DNA of 64,000 nucleotides, from the NCBI GenBank assembly GCA_965644265.1, contig OZ286465.1, forward strand, positions 85,994,001 through 86,058,000, written 5' to 3'. The stretch comes from Glycera tridactyla. Taxonomy: Eukaryota. The notes below the pieces were generated by a model, which saw only the letters and a program-made list of their open reading frames with translations, ran no database searches and was not told the origin of the DNA. A program made the position numbers and the translations under genes. Positions 1 through 12,881 of the stretch are shown in pieces. Numbering within the stretch: the first letter of the stretch is position 1; each line of letters opens with the position of its first letter.

Positions 1-514
1 AAGGATGTGATGATACTGGGATATTGGTTTTCTGAGTACACTAGCACAGGAACTGTCTACCTGGCCAGTGATTCCATGATTCACTGCAAGTACAGTTTAC
101 TGAGGGTTGAAGGGTTTATATTATATCCCCGGACATGAACATGAAGACAACTGATGTCAGCTCCCAGCTACAGGCGACCTATTGTTGAATATATGAAGGT
201 GTCGTGGGCCTCCTAATCCCATCCATGTACACCATCTCTGTACACAACCCCAGCATATCACCTCACATCTCCAGGTAAGGCAACACGTCACCTGTAACCA
301 CACAACCACCAACACAAACCAACCATGTCCCAACAACGCCCATACTTCCTACATAATTTCTGCTGATGACACGGACCATCATGCAAAACATACTACTTTT
401 TCATCGTTATTTCTGACCCATATCTGGAACAAATACCATTATTTTTCATATATTTTCTACAAGTGACACAAACCAATATATGGGATGAATACTAAAATCT
501 TGCAGATGGAAATA

Positions 515-678
515 AATTCAAACTTGTTGAGAGACCATCTCTGTACAAGGGCCAGCTGCCCACAAAAACCACCCTCAGTGGAGACAACAGTAGCAATTTT
601 AACAGAATTTTTTTCCCGATGAAGACTAATCTGTTAACGGACCGAGGGTCTTCTTTGTATTGTAGGCAGGTTTGACTG
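515..678. mobile_element. pogo-like MITE, degenerate
   Basis: GAGAGACCATCT internal motif, ends CAGGTTTGACTG. Left end approximate. Confidence 0.55.
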
Positions 679-3600
679 TTTTCACATTCATTTTGTCCAT
701 TAGGTAGATATTCAGAAATACAATCCTCATGAGTCCTTCATGCAGTCCAAAATGAAGTGAAAGAAGGAAGTTTTTATCAAAAATGTGAAAGTTCATCCAA
801 AGAAGGACAAAAACAAAGGAATAGTTTGCTGAGTACATAGTGATGTTTTGGAAGTAATTCAAGCATTGATACCCCATCTGTGACAGTATTCATATTCATG
901 TACTAAGAATGTTTTTCCTCTCGATAGAATCCTTTTTTCAACCTCCCAGGGTGTTTTTATGCCCAAGTGCATCATATCCCACACGGGCGCACATATAGAG
1001 GAAGAAACTTCCAAGCCATCCAATACTTGTATGTCTTGTAGAAAGGCAAGTTGTCTACCTTATTACACAAATACCATCTGGTTTGAAGCCCAAAATTGAG
1101 TTGGCCGATACTATTGCCTTACAATTTAGTGTTGATATATAGCAGTAAAAGGAGAGAGAGGAAGCTGTTATACCCCATAGAGACCGTCCTATTTGCCAAC
1201 AAACTCAGCCAGCTCATTTTTATATATTTTTCCTCAGACATATCCTAATCTCTCACCACGGTTTCACATTTCATATCACTAAGCAAACAAATAAGTGTAG
1301 CCGTGGCAGTCCTGGGTAAATACCAGTTGAGATGCACATATACAGCCAGATATATGCCTGTCTCTCATTGGTTGGTTACCTGGAATGAGTCTGCCCAAAA
1401 TCCCAACAAATACTGATGGTATGAGACAAACTATGTGGGACACACTAAATCCTAAATACAAAAAGAGACTCGCAAATATGTTCCTATATTTTTCACACCA
1501 AGTAAACATCAATTTGCAGTAGAAATCCTAGTGAAATTGGACCAAACAGTTGAGGAAAAGTAGAATTTAGCATGACAGACAAAGCAATTGAATACGGGTC
1601 TCAACAATCAGAATTGTTTTTGGGAGAAATGAAATGAAATGGATCATTCACTTCCACTCCATAATTTATAATCAAACCCGGGCAGTACTTGTGATATAGC
1701 CATTTTCTGAGAAGCTACGAATAATAATGGAAAATATAGTGAAAATATTTTTCTCTCCGTGGAGGTGTACACAGTCAAAACTTCTAGTGTCAGCAAAGAT
1801 TGTTGATGTCACCACCAGCACTCGTTCTTTCATCCATTACTCGAGCCTGGAAGGTGACAAGACATCGCCGAGTGGCGAAGACGTGCTCGCAAGACATGAG
1901 CACACAATGCGTGAGCACTTCATCTCGATCTGTAGGAGCCGGTGCATATAGACACATTCTCCAAGCAAATAGTCGTAAGATAAACTCAAACAGAACCCTG
2001 CCGACAACAGAAACCCATCAACGCTAATAAAAGCGTATGACTCACGCCAATGATGACTGTCCTCGGTGTACAAATTAGCGAGCCCTATATATGTGAGCTT
2101 ACACGAATACACGCCAACTTTACTTTTTTCAGAAAGCCAAACAGAGAGAGCACTCCCATAATCAGATTTTTTCTTCTATCCACTCTGAAATGCAACCTCT
2201 ACTTGACATACAAACATTTTTTCCATATTTGCATGAGAAAATCAGAATCTCTGCGATTACACATGTGCATGTTTTTTCAGATGTGACAAGATGCCGACAA
2301 AGGTGATGCTTTGATGAGCTTTGCATCAGATGATACAGCATTCACTTTCCTTCACCTCCCTTGACCTTGCTAAAAAAAAGGGATGTCTCTCTCCTTTACT
2401 GGGAAACCAGGGTCATACAGCCTTGTACTTCTGCCCAGACACTCAGAATGAGAAGAGTGATTCTTGACAAACATTAGCAACTCTTGAGTATCTGATTAAA
2501 ATTTTCTATTCCCGGGAAGTAGCATTTCATCGCCACATGAATGCACATCAATACTGGGTAATGCAATTTCAATCCTCAATAGCACTCATACAGTGTATAT
2601 CATAATTTTCATTTATTTGAACCTCAACGATATGAAAGCGCTGCCCCGAAACTGAATCAGAGTTATCCGAAAATCACCATACCATCCAATATATTGGTAG
2701 GTGAACATAACCCTTGAATTCTTATATCATTTCACATGAACAAAATGTAAGACATCAAAATTTTGTAGTTATTATTGAAATGCACCTGCGATTATGATAA
2801 ATGATTGTGTAGTCTAACAAACTCACCCTTTACTCTGAGAGACAAACTAGGGATGGGAGATTCTGCAGAGGGACACTCGAGATTCAGATAGGTATCTCAC
2901 CAGAAACTTAAGACACCTATCCCATTCTATACAATCCATCATCGTCAGACTAGTCACAAAACCTATAAGGAGCAGGGAGTAACTTGTTAAAGGTAGAAAA
3001 ATGTAAGATGAAAAATAAAACGGTTGGAAGTGTTACAAGAGAAGCAGCTGTTGCATATAATTATACATGTGCTTCCACAATCTGCCATCAATGGAAAATG
3101 ATGAGTTTTTTTTTCATTTTGTCTCAACAGAATACCATTGATGCAATTCATTTGCATAGCGCTGCACGCAACCCCTTCCGATCATGACCACTTGGGATGG
3201 CAGAAAAAGACATGGTCAACCACTCATCACAACAGAATCACAAAAAGCTTACAGACAATGTGTCTTACAAAGAAAACTTTCATAGATCCACACTGAATGA
3301 AATGATATCAATGGACAGTTCACAAACACCATGGACTGAAAACATCAATAGTATCTGTCCAGTAATACAGAATATAAGCACCCAATCTGAAATTAAATCT
3401 GTCCCAGTCATCCAACAATGGCAGGAGAAATTTCGTCACTTTGGACACTGATATCCCCTTTCATGACTATGATATCACGAAAGGTATCCTGAACTGATCA
3501 ATTTGGCATAGTAAGTGTCGAAGGCCTTATGCAAATGATAAAACACAATAGACATAGTGAACATGAGCACATTCCATTGACATGTTGATAAACTGTTATA

Positions 3601-3992
3601 GCTTCAACAAAAACACAGTAAATCAACTAAAATCCGGGTGCCATAGTGACCCTGTTAAATATGTGTCCAGACAGACAAGGGGGTCAGAAATCGGCTGCGC
3701 AGGGTGATGGATACGTGGCTGGCCAGTGAAATCACATGGGAGAAAAGTGGCCAATTACCCTGGCCAAGCTGACTAATCCAGGCAAGAGTTTCTACAATAA
3801 ACCATGACCCACCCTGACAGGTAGTCACTAACACTTTCCCTGCCACCCATCCTTTCTTTAAAATATGTTTCTCATTGACCTATTAATCAGACCTCTTCTC
3901 TGCTAAGAGTGAAACCTGCATTGAAAGACCCTTAATTGGGGACCACATGTTCTGAAAGACCACTTTCTGCAAGTACTATTTTATTTTCGTTA

Positions 3993-4169
3993 CAGTGAAA
4001 CCTGCTTGAGTGTAAACTTGTGCTAGGCAAAATCCTGTCTTAAGCACATACCCCACCGTCTGCCTGGGTGTTTTTTTCTCACTATAATTGTCCTGTGCTA
4101 AGCAAAATCCTGTCTTAAGTGGAAGAAAAATTTGGTCCTGAGACTTTTCACTCGAGACAGGTTTTACTG
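3993..4169. mobile_element. pogo/Tigger-like MITE (CTAAGCA subfamily), nested in another MITE
   Basis: TA|CAGTGAAACCTG...CAGGTTTTACTG|TA. The host begins at about 3907 (GAGTGAAACCTG...GAAAGACC) and its repeats resume at 4172-4222. Confidence 0.75.
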
Positions 4170-4622
4170 TATATACCTGCTATGAGAGATCATTTGCTAT
4201 GAGAAATCATTTGCTATGAAACACCTCACTATCTTTTCATTTAAACTGGACCCTTGCTTGAGATTTTGTTATAGTATCGGGAGGGGGATTTAAACCTTTG
4301 GAATCTGAATAATCACTTCTAGACATGATTGGATTTTGCAGCGGGACACAATGGGTTAACGCGCAGCAAAGAGAGAGATTGCCTCGCTAATGAAAAATGC
4401 ATAGACGCAAATTAAAAGACCTGAGTAAGGTAAAAGGTGAGATGAACCACCAGGGTGAAGGCTAACCTCTCCAGAGAGTGTGAACAATTCACAGCAAAAT
4501 ATCCGAGTTCGGCAGTTTCCCTTTCATAAAGTAGGGTCTAGGAGTAAATAGTCACACCTATACCTAGCTCAAATAAATTATTCACCACCTTCTTGTGCAG
4601 CACAAGACATGGATGATGCATG

Positions 4623-4796
4623 AAGTTGAACCAGTCCTGAGCATGCAATCAAATAAAGATACAAAAAATGCTTATGACAGGCGTATGCTTAGTAAAGGTA
4701 AATCAAAGTGAAAATACCCTGGCAGGATGGATACAGCATGGTTGCTTAAGAAGGGTTTTTGCTTAGTACAATGCATGCATTTTACAGCTTCAACTG
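4623..4796. mobile_element. pogo/Tigger-like MITE (GCTTAG orientation)
   Basis: Ends CTTCAACTG|TA and shares a long core with the 16928 copy. Confidence 0.65.
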
Positions 4797-5668
4797 TAAT
4801 TGCTCTCGTTTTTCTTACTGTCATTGCCCTGAACTGATGAGGAATGTAGTTTGTGTTTTTAGCAACTGCAATACATAAGAGCCAGGTATGAAAGGTCCTC
4901 TGACCAGAGACAACCTGCTTTGATACAGTGAAACCTGTGCTGAGAGACTACAGTAGAAGCCACAAAAAGGCAGTCTCACAAAATAGGTGGACTCAAGGCT
5001 GTGGATAAAAGGCGCATGGAAGAAGCATAATAAGATGGAGAATGATATTTCTTCTTGTTTGCCACAGATTCAGAAACTCAGTATTTTCAAATATGAAATG
5101 AACACATGAAATCCCCCACTAATCTCATGCAGGGCGCAGGTAATCAACAGCCACAATAAAAAAGAACTCTTTATGATCACGATGTTGAATGATCTAGGGC
5201 AATATTTCAATCAGCAACTCAATTTGCTGGTTCACAAGACTGACGTCAGAAAGACTTTCCTAATTACAGAGTAGACAAGTTCATTCACGACACAGGAATC
5301 AATCAAAAAGTCAGAAATTACTATGTGTAGACCTTATCTTCTTCACGCATCAATTCTGATGTAAAGTCCTAATTGAAAACCCCATATAAAGACATATATA
5401 TTGACATGAGTTTGGTATTCATGATATCTCTCTTGCAGTGATGTACATAACCATCATCTCATGTAGAAGCAACCCTAAATTTGTCCGCAATTAGAGATCA
5501 TGATCGAGAAACCTATATTTCATATCACCGAGTTAGATCTGTACAACAGATGTTATGTACACATGATCTGTTGACAGCAAATCAGTGGACCAAATAGGTA
5601 ATCATTGTCTATGATGATTACCAAATATGTTACATTCACTTACTGATATCAGTGCTTCTGGTGATATG

Positions 5669-6272
5669 CAGAGATGCATCCAGGAATCGGTCAGAGGGAG
5701 CCAATTGGCTCCCTCTGACTCACAGAGGGAGCCAACCCGGAGTCAGAGGGAGCCAACTTTATAAACGATAAATTTACTGTGTTTTGTTACGGTTGAGCAC
5801 ACTTACCGAACAGACAGACGCCCGGAAAATGAATTTATAGCTGATAATTTTTATTTATATTTGCTAAACGCCTGTATATATCGTACGTCATGGTAATTGT
5901 GAGAGATATCCAGCGATAATCGAACAAATTCCACATTTATTAACGATTTCTTCACGAAAAAAACGAAACGAAATCTCGCGCCCGCGTGAATTACCACGAG
6001 ACGTGACGAGAACGATGCGCAAAAGACGCTTTTGCGGGTTTTGTGGCTGCGCAGGTCAGTCTCGCGCTGGATACCGTGGAGTGAACATCTCAGTGAGTAA
6101 AGAATCGCTTTTTCGCGCCCGATTCCTACGAATAACACATTATTTTGGCCGCGCCATGTTCGAATATGCGCGGGATCAGTCTGTAAAGCTGGCGCTGCAA
6201 CGATTCCGACAAGCGCCAGACCTGTCATTTTTCGCGATTATTACGCGCTCCCGTGGCCTGGATGCATCTCTG
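5669..6272. mobile_element. 604-bp non-autonomous TIR element, hAT-like, 6-bp TSD
   Basis: Perfect 16-bp TIR CAGAGATGCATCCAGG / CCTGGATGCATCTCTG, GATATG on both flanks, subterminal CAGAGGGAGCCAA repeats, CpG-rich interior. Confidence 0.85.
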
Positions 6273-7343
6273 GATATGGTACAGCTTTTCCCAAAAAGTA
6301 TTATTAATGAATAGAAAGTAGAACAAGAAAAAGCTTGCAAAGTGGTGGAGATACATGTAGTTGAACTTGCTCAAAAAATAGAAATTTGGTTCTCATTAGA
6401 AAACACCTAGTACTGAGGATGTGCTGTAAAAACATAGGAATACTAGGGGAAAATAAATTTTCATTGTTAATCCATTCTATAGGTGCTTTTCATATGAATG
6501 ACAACTGTTTTCACATCTTGCTCAAAGAGGCTAATTATTACTCCAAAATCGTAAAGGCTATGTCTCATTCTTACAGGTTCCACTGTGTACAAACCAAATG
6601 AGCAGACCGAAACCAGTGAAGCTCAACACAGTTAAAATTGTAAAAACCTCCAAATTCTTTCATATTTTCCCTGAAACAACCCATGATTGCTTAACCACCT
6701 AAAACTGATTACAGAATCTACTTCATTTTACTGGATCACCAAAAAGATTCACAAACAGAACATAGTCACCAGTAACAGTAAAACAAAACCTGGAGCTGAA
6801 AAAAACACACACAAAAACCGTAACTGTGGGTTTTGTAAGTATGCAGTGAGCAAAAAACCTGACCATCAATCATTCTAATTAGTGGCGTTGACTTTCTCAA
6901 CTTTCCACTCCTTCTAACCTCAATAGGGTCGTGTATTATCTTTCCACTTATCCACACCTTGACAGGGTCACACATTAACAAACGGACACTACTAGATGAG
7001 TACAAAGTGCTTTGGGCAAAAGTCAAAGCAAGCAACGCAGCTCAAACCTTGCAGCAAGCTTCCTCAGTCTATCCTTGCTAGTGTACAATTATTTAGGTTT
7101 TTAATGACATGGTTGGCTCACTGAATCCATTTGGTGATAACAGGAACACGTGCTGTGTAAATTGGCTCAATTCCCACATGCTATCTTTCGAGCATATCAA
7201 CATTTTCATTTCTTAAATAACAATAAATTGTCCACAAACACATAAGGGCACACGAAATCCAGTCATAACCCTGCAGTGGTGCAATTAAGATGAAGCCGTA
7301 TTTTCAGAAGTATGTCCAATTCTTTCTGAAAGTACCTCACATA

Positions 7344-7502
7344 CAGTAAAACCTGTCTTGGGAGACGACCCCAAAAGCCAATGAAAAGTGGTCTCTCAAG
7401 ACAGATGGACTCTCATTGGAGGTATATTTGACCATGTCAAATAGAGAAGAGCCAATAAAGAGCGGTCGCCCAAAGCAGGGTCTCCCAGGACAGGTTTCAC
7501 TG
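7344..7502. mobile_element. pogo/Tigger-like MITE (GAGACC subfamily)
   Basis: TA|CAGTAAAACCTGTC...GACAGGTTTCACTG|TA. Closely similar to the 40189 copy. Confidence 0.85.
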
Positions 7503-9696
7503 TATTATCAAAGAATCTGTTCTGAAATTTCCAACCAGGCAGCGATAGATTCTAGATTATAGTTTTTCATTCAATTTCCAGACTTTCGAAAAATTGGAAT
7601 TAGGCATCACTGGGTAACTGACTATGCACTATGCAAGCGCAGGATTCGTCCATATGATCTGCCTTTGATTTGGTTCAAAGAGAAAAGTGGAGGCAGACCA
7701 CACCAACTGCCTTCATACATCAACATTTGTGGCAGAAATGAAAGTGTGAAGATGTACTCATTCATTGGGAGTTGAGTAAATTGAGAAAGTGACACCAATC
7801 GCGACTTTTCCATTGCGTATTTTTGGAAGTCAATAACACTCAGGAGTTTTTCAGAAGGCAATAAACAGCACAAAATTAGCTGTAAGATTCATGGTAGCAG
7901 TGAACCACACAGAAACTCTGACACCCAACAGAGTATTACACAAACTCTGTGATGATGGGTTTCAGGGTATTCTTCACCCAACACCTGAAAGTCAGAGACA
8001 ATATATCATAGGATTCTCCCACACAGGACTCTGGATTAACTCTTCCCTTCAAGTGTCCTTTGGACGAGTGTATTGGAAATTTCCCACTACAAAATCATAG
8101 ACTGAATGGGGGCAAACATTGTAATCAATTCACAAGCCATAACAGTTATTTTGTTGCCTGTGCTACTAGGGTGAGCCTTAGTGAAGAGCCCTGGTGTATA
8201 AGAATTGTATATGTTTTCATCTGGTATCTTTGACCTGTGAATCATCCAATTTTGAAACTAAAGGTTCATGCAGCATTCTAACTGCTGACTGACAATATGA
8301 TCCATAGTCATGGACAAACATACATGGGAGCAAATACGCCAACAATATGCTGCCTGGTGCAGAATATCAGATAGGGTGATATGTCTCTTCTTGTGGAGGC
8401 AAACAGTAGTCAGTTCAAGTTATGTTGACAAGAAATAGGATGTCAACCACCCGTAATTGGAAGATTCTTGCTTGCGATGTTAATAATACCTGAATTGACA
8501 AAATACACCAGGTTTCTTACTACTTATAAGTACTTTTGATCTGTCAAGCGAAAACTCATGATTGTTCTGGTGGATGCGGGAGAACGTCCCTCATGGACAA
8601 CCATCAAACCCGCCCATAGAGACCACCCTCAGCTACATCAAAAGGTGGTCTTTGTATAAAGGTGGCCTAGAACAATAGTTATACGAAGTTAATTCAATTC
8701 AATTAAACTCTGTCTCAATCCAAAGGGGCAACTGCAACCTAGAAATTGGCATGTGCAGTGTGTCGAAGCATTGAATAAACTGGACATAAACTTGAGCTGA
8801 TCAATAATGGATCTCCACGAGGAGCTATCACCGATAGAAAGGAGCGGACAGGTCACGTTAAACACCCACAATGGGATGATTTGGACATCATGGGTGATAC
8901 TTTGCGTCTCAGACGTCCACCACAAAATAATTTACATAGCGCTCAAGTTTTATCATGCAGGTCACAGGAGCAAGCCGGCAATGTTCACGGCCATAACGAC
9001 CCATTGGTGGCACTCTGGGGGCGATTGTGTTGCTATCCGGACGCGTATTACGGTTGCTTTTCACACCACCAAACGAGGAAGGTGTACGTTTGACCAACAC
9101 CTCATTAGGCTTGGTGGACATTAGTCAAGCCAAGGACGCCGGCATCCATTGCATGCATGCATTTATCTGCGGACTCAATTCGTTCACATTAATTCACAAA
9201 TGAGTGCTGTAAAAGAATCATTCACCACTGAATCAATGCCTTCCCATTCATTTCGTCCTTCTCATACATGACTTGTATTTTTGTCCCAGCCAAATTGTAA
9301 GATCTGTTGATTCCCTGAAGCAAATCTTTAACGAACAACTCAAATATAGGGCAGAGAGCTCTCAAGTCCTCAGGTGTTGGTCTAATGTTTATGATCTCAG
9401 ACACACCTATTCTTCTTGAGGGACCACCACAGATAGATCACTTTCACTCAATACTGGGGCTATGTAGCTTCTGTATTTGACATAGTCAGGCGACAATTGA
9501 GGTGGACTTACGTACCAAGTTTCACCTTATCTTCTAAGATGTTGGTATTTGTTAACAATGGAGTGTTTTACGTCTCTTTCGTGCCATTTGCATGTATTTT
9601 GCGAAATATCCGGTGAATATCAATATTAATTCAGTGACAGGTTAGAGGGCGATATTGGGAGTATTTGCTATGTATACATGTGTGTGCGTCTGGGCC

Positions 9697-9787
9697 CAGT
9701 CAATCAAACCTGCGACGAGCGACCACCTCTTTTGAGCGACCACTTTTTCGTGTCAGGAAGGGTGGTCACTTGTCTCAGGTTTCACTG
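9697..9787. mobile_element. Short pogo-like MITE (AGCGACCAC motif)
   Basis: CAGTCAATCAAACCTG...CAGGTTTCACTG|TA with two AGCGACCAC repeats. Confidence 0.7.
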
Positions 9788-11241
9788 TATTCAATCCACA
9801 GGATAACACCGTCAAGTTCGCTCATGTTTCAAGTTCTGCTTTTATTTTTGCTTAATAATTTTGGGATTCAAAATAACATGATAGTCCTGCAAATCATCCT
9901 TTCCATAGCAACCCGAAACAGTCGGTGATGCAGGAGTCTATGTGAAATATAATAGTCTGACAGGTGACAGGAAATCCATTGTCAGATAAGTATCAGATTA
10001 AGAATAGGATTTTTCATCCAGGTAATCCCAGCTTTACCTTACTGTTCATTGGAATGGATGTGTGTCACAGCCAGAGATCATGTGGCTAAAACAATATGAG
10101 GGCCACTCATAGATGTAGCTAAACGTTGCCTTTGTAGACATGCTAACATTCACTGTAATAATTGCTCAAAAAAATATAATTGTGTGAAGAATTTCATCAC
10201 TAACAGAGAAGTTGGAAAAACATGTGAACTGATCTTTTCATTTATTGGCCATGAAGGTCACTCATTTCAAGTTTCGCTGGCCCTGAAAATATTTCTCTCA
10301 CTACTGACCGGAGTGCCAGTGGACTTTTCAGTACAGGCTTTTTTATGAGAAAGGGGGTGAAGAGCAGGTCAGAAATGGTGCTTGTTGTGAATAGGGTAGG
10401 GCTGGTGTTGATGTTTTTCCGAGAGTGAGCTGACAGGCCAGTGAGAAGCAATGACTGTTACTTTCTCACAACACAACCCAAGCTTGGCAGACATCAGCCA
10501 GGTCCTCTCCATTATTCATTGCTCAGGAATCTCTCCCCAAGATAAATGGAATACCATTGAATACCCAGATCTTCTCTGTTCAACATCGTGAACACACACA
10601 CTGGACTAACCCAGCATAAGATGAAGCTGCTAAAACAGAAGGCTCTCCTCTGAGGAGAAGACAGGCATTGCAAGAGCAAATACTTTTCTGAAAGAGAAAG
10701 ATCAGTCCCCTTATGATATACCAGAGGTGAAACTCTTTGATGAAGAAAAATAGTAAGGATCCCAATTACTAACAGTGAAAATGGCAGTCTTTCCAATGAA
10801 TGAATGAGAAAAAAACGAATTATACAAGTAACGCTATGCCTAAAATGACAAAATTTCAGCCTGAAAGAGTAATGATTATTACTCCAAAATGGTATTGTTT
10901 AGCATCTCTGATATATCCTGAATTTTTTCAATGAAGCATTTTTTATATTCTATTTTTTGATGACCCAAATATGCTAGAAAAAGAAAATTTGTTCTGCCAT
11001 CCAAGATGCAAGAAATGTGCCCAAAGAAGGCCATCCAATGACCAGTACAACAGATGATGCCTTCATCACAAAGATGGTACACAAGATAGCTTACAAGAAT
11101 CTGCCAATAATTTTCTACTAATAAGAATAACCTGCAAAATGGTTGGAGGCTGAGATGGAGAAATACCACCACACGGTGCCAAAGCAAAATTCTGTGACAG
11201 GAATGAGAAAGAGGCCAGAGAGTATAAAATTTTCCACTTAC

Positions 11242-11515
11242 TCGAGTCGAATGTTGAAGCGATGGCGTCTACTCAATGATGTAAACATCAGGAAGGAGCC
11301 ACGTGGAAAGCTCCTCGTTGTCAGTTCGCAGAATTTAGTGTGATCCTCCAATTCAGCACAATCCTCACAGAATGGTGAATCATGATCATCGCCTGGACAC
11401 TTCTCGCAACGGAATCCACCACGGATGAGCGGCGCACAACGAGATCCTGACTTGCACACATCATGTGGACAACTCTCGTAATGACCATGACGCATATCAA
11501 ACTCACACTGGTCCC
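11242..11515 (-). CDS. CELSR: CELSR/Flamingo exon: EGF-like 3 and start of laminin-G 1
   Basis: Acceptor ttgttatag|GG (phase 1), donor CTC GA|gtaagt (phase 2), 274 nt. Translates (G)DQCEFDMRHGHYESCPHDVCKSGSRCAPLIRGGFRCEKCPGDDHDSPFCEDCAELEDHTKFCELTTRSFPRGSFLMFTSLSRRHRFNIRL. CE.TTRSF is the CELSR EGF3/LamG junction. Confidence 0.95.
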
Positions 11516-12250
11516 CTATAACAAAGAACAAATGCCATTCCATCACATTTGTTAATTTGAATTGAACTTGATACATTCAAGAAGAGATACAAAGAGAAAT
11601 TAGAACTACACCAAAGACAGAAGGTGATATATATCTTGAATACATGTACTATGGAGAGGAGTCAAAACTGTTTTTTTTTCTCACAATTTTCTCCTCATAA
11701 TTTCAATACAAGAAGTATAACCCTTCTCAAACTTTTCTTTTGTTCATTTTGGCAAGTCTGCACATATATGACCATGGCATCAGTTCTTTCCAGTTTGCAA
11801 TTTTTTTTTCAGATGGGGGGGGGGGGCAGTCATCTGGACTTGGACAATGAAGAAGTCTGAGCGGATGCAGGCATTACAGTGTGGAGTACGGTAACTTATC
11901 ACCGTTCCTCTTGTTTTAGTTAATGGCCGCACCTCGCCTGGCGGTCTGCGCTTGACATGGGAAACCGGGCCTGTGGTACATATATTATTCAATTCTCTCA
12001 TCTCCCAGAACAACCACTCCGTCTTGCTAAGGAGAGTTTATTCTCATTGATGGGCAGTTGTAGGGATGGACAGAATCCACAAAAGGTCACGCTGCTCTTA
12101 AATCTCTACATCCAATAGTATCCCCACATGGTCAACAAACCATTAGCACTAGAAATTGTGCTTCCTTCATATCTACCTGCTATACAAGCTAAGCTTGAGG
12201 GTTATTTCACAATATATCAGGAATGTCCTAGTTATTGTTGATAGTTTCTA

Positions 12251-12391
12251 CAGTCCAACCTGCTCGGGAGGCAACCTCTCAATAAAGGCCACCTGCCTAC
12301 AGAGGCCACCCTGGCTACAACCATGATAGCCCATTTTTCAACAGTAAATCAAGCTATAAAAGCCAGCTGCCTCTATGGATGAGTTTGACTG
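12251..12391. mobile_element. pogo-like MITE, degenerate
   Basis: TA|CAGTCCAACCTG...GTTTGACTG with GGCCACC repeats. Confidence 0.65.
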
Positions 12392-12867
12392 CATTTTACT
12401 CTGCATCAGGAATATGAGAGATTGAAGTTGGCATTGATAGTTGTTATGCTTTCTGTAGAATTGCCATAGTGACTTACAAGCACCCGCTCTAAGTTAGCAG
12501 TTACCAATATATGATTCATTCCTAGTTTATTGGAGTCTATTCCCCAATGCGCATAATAGAACCACTGTGATCCTTTGCACCGAGTGGGTGATTGCCCACA
12601 GCAGCAATGCCTCTTTCTTCAGCAGTTTCTGTTTTCAATTCTGATAACCCCACAAGTTTTGAAGGATGTTAAAGCCAAACAAACAAAACAAACAACCCCT
12701 ATTCACTGCTTTGATTTTCTCACAAAACAATACCAAAGATACAAATATTTCCAGACTCACTTGGTTAACAGGCCAAACTTGCACAAATACAGGTAATTGT
12801 CACATGCCCTAAATTGTCATCCATCTTGTGACTCAAGCCGGGAATGGCGCCATGTGAAAGTGACATG

Positions 12868-12881
12868 GTTGCCATGGAAAC
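12868..12881. promoter_or_regulatory. Candidate RFX X-box GTTGCCATGGAAAC
   Basis: Near-palindromic match to the canonical RFX site GTTGCCATGGCAAC, inside a CpG-rich patch with two ATGGCG (YY1-core) motifs. Motif match only. Confidence 0.4.

Noticed and set aside
1764-2072. CpG-rich segment flanked by an 8-bp direct repeat GGTGTACA with CAGTCA/TGACTG near the ends
   Set aside because: The inverted repeat is only 6 bp and sits 5 bp away from the right direct repeat, so the TIR/TSD geometry fails.
5851-6314. 103-125 aa ORFs on both strands
   Set aside because: They lie in the CpG-rich interior of a non-autonomous TIR element and show no transposase motifs.
6766-7035. ORF containing IRMIDGQVFCS, reminiscent of LamG1 LEI.DGQV
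   Set aside because: No YNGR/HDF context and no suitable phase-2 splice sites. Treated as a chance match.
9222-9404. Protein-like 60-aa minus-strand ORF (SEIINIRPTPEDLRAL...)
   Set aside because: No recognisable family, no polypyrimidine tract, ends in a stop and does not fit the CELSR sequence.
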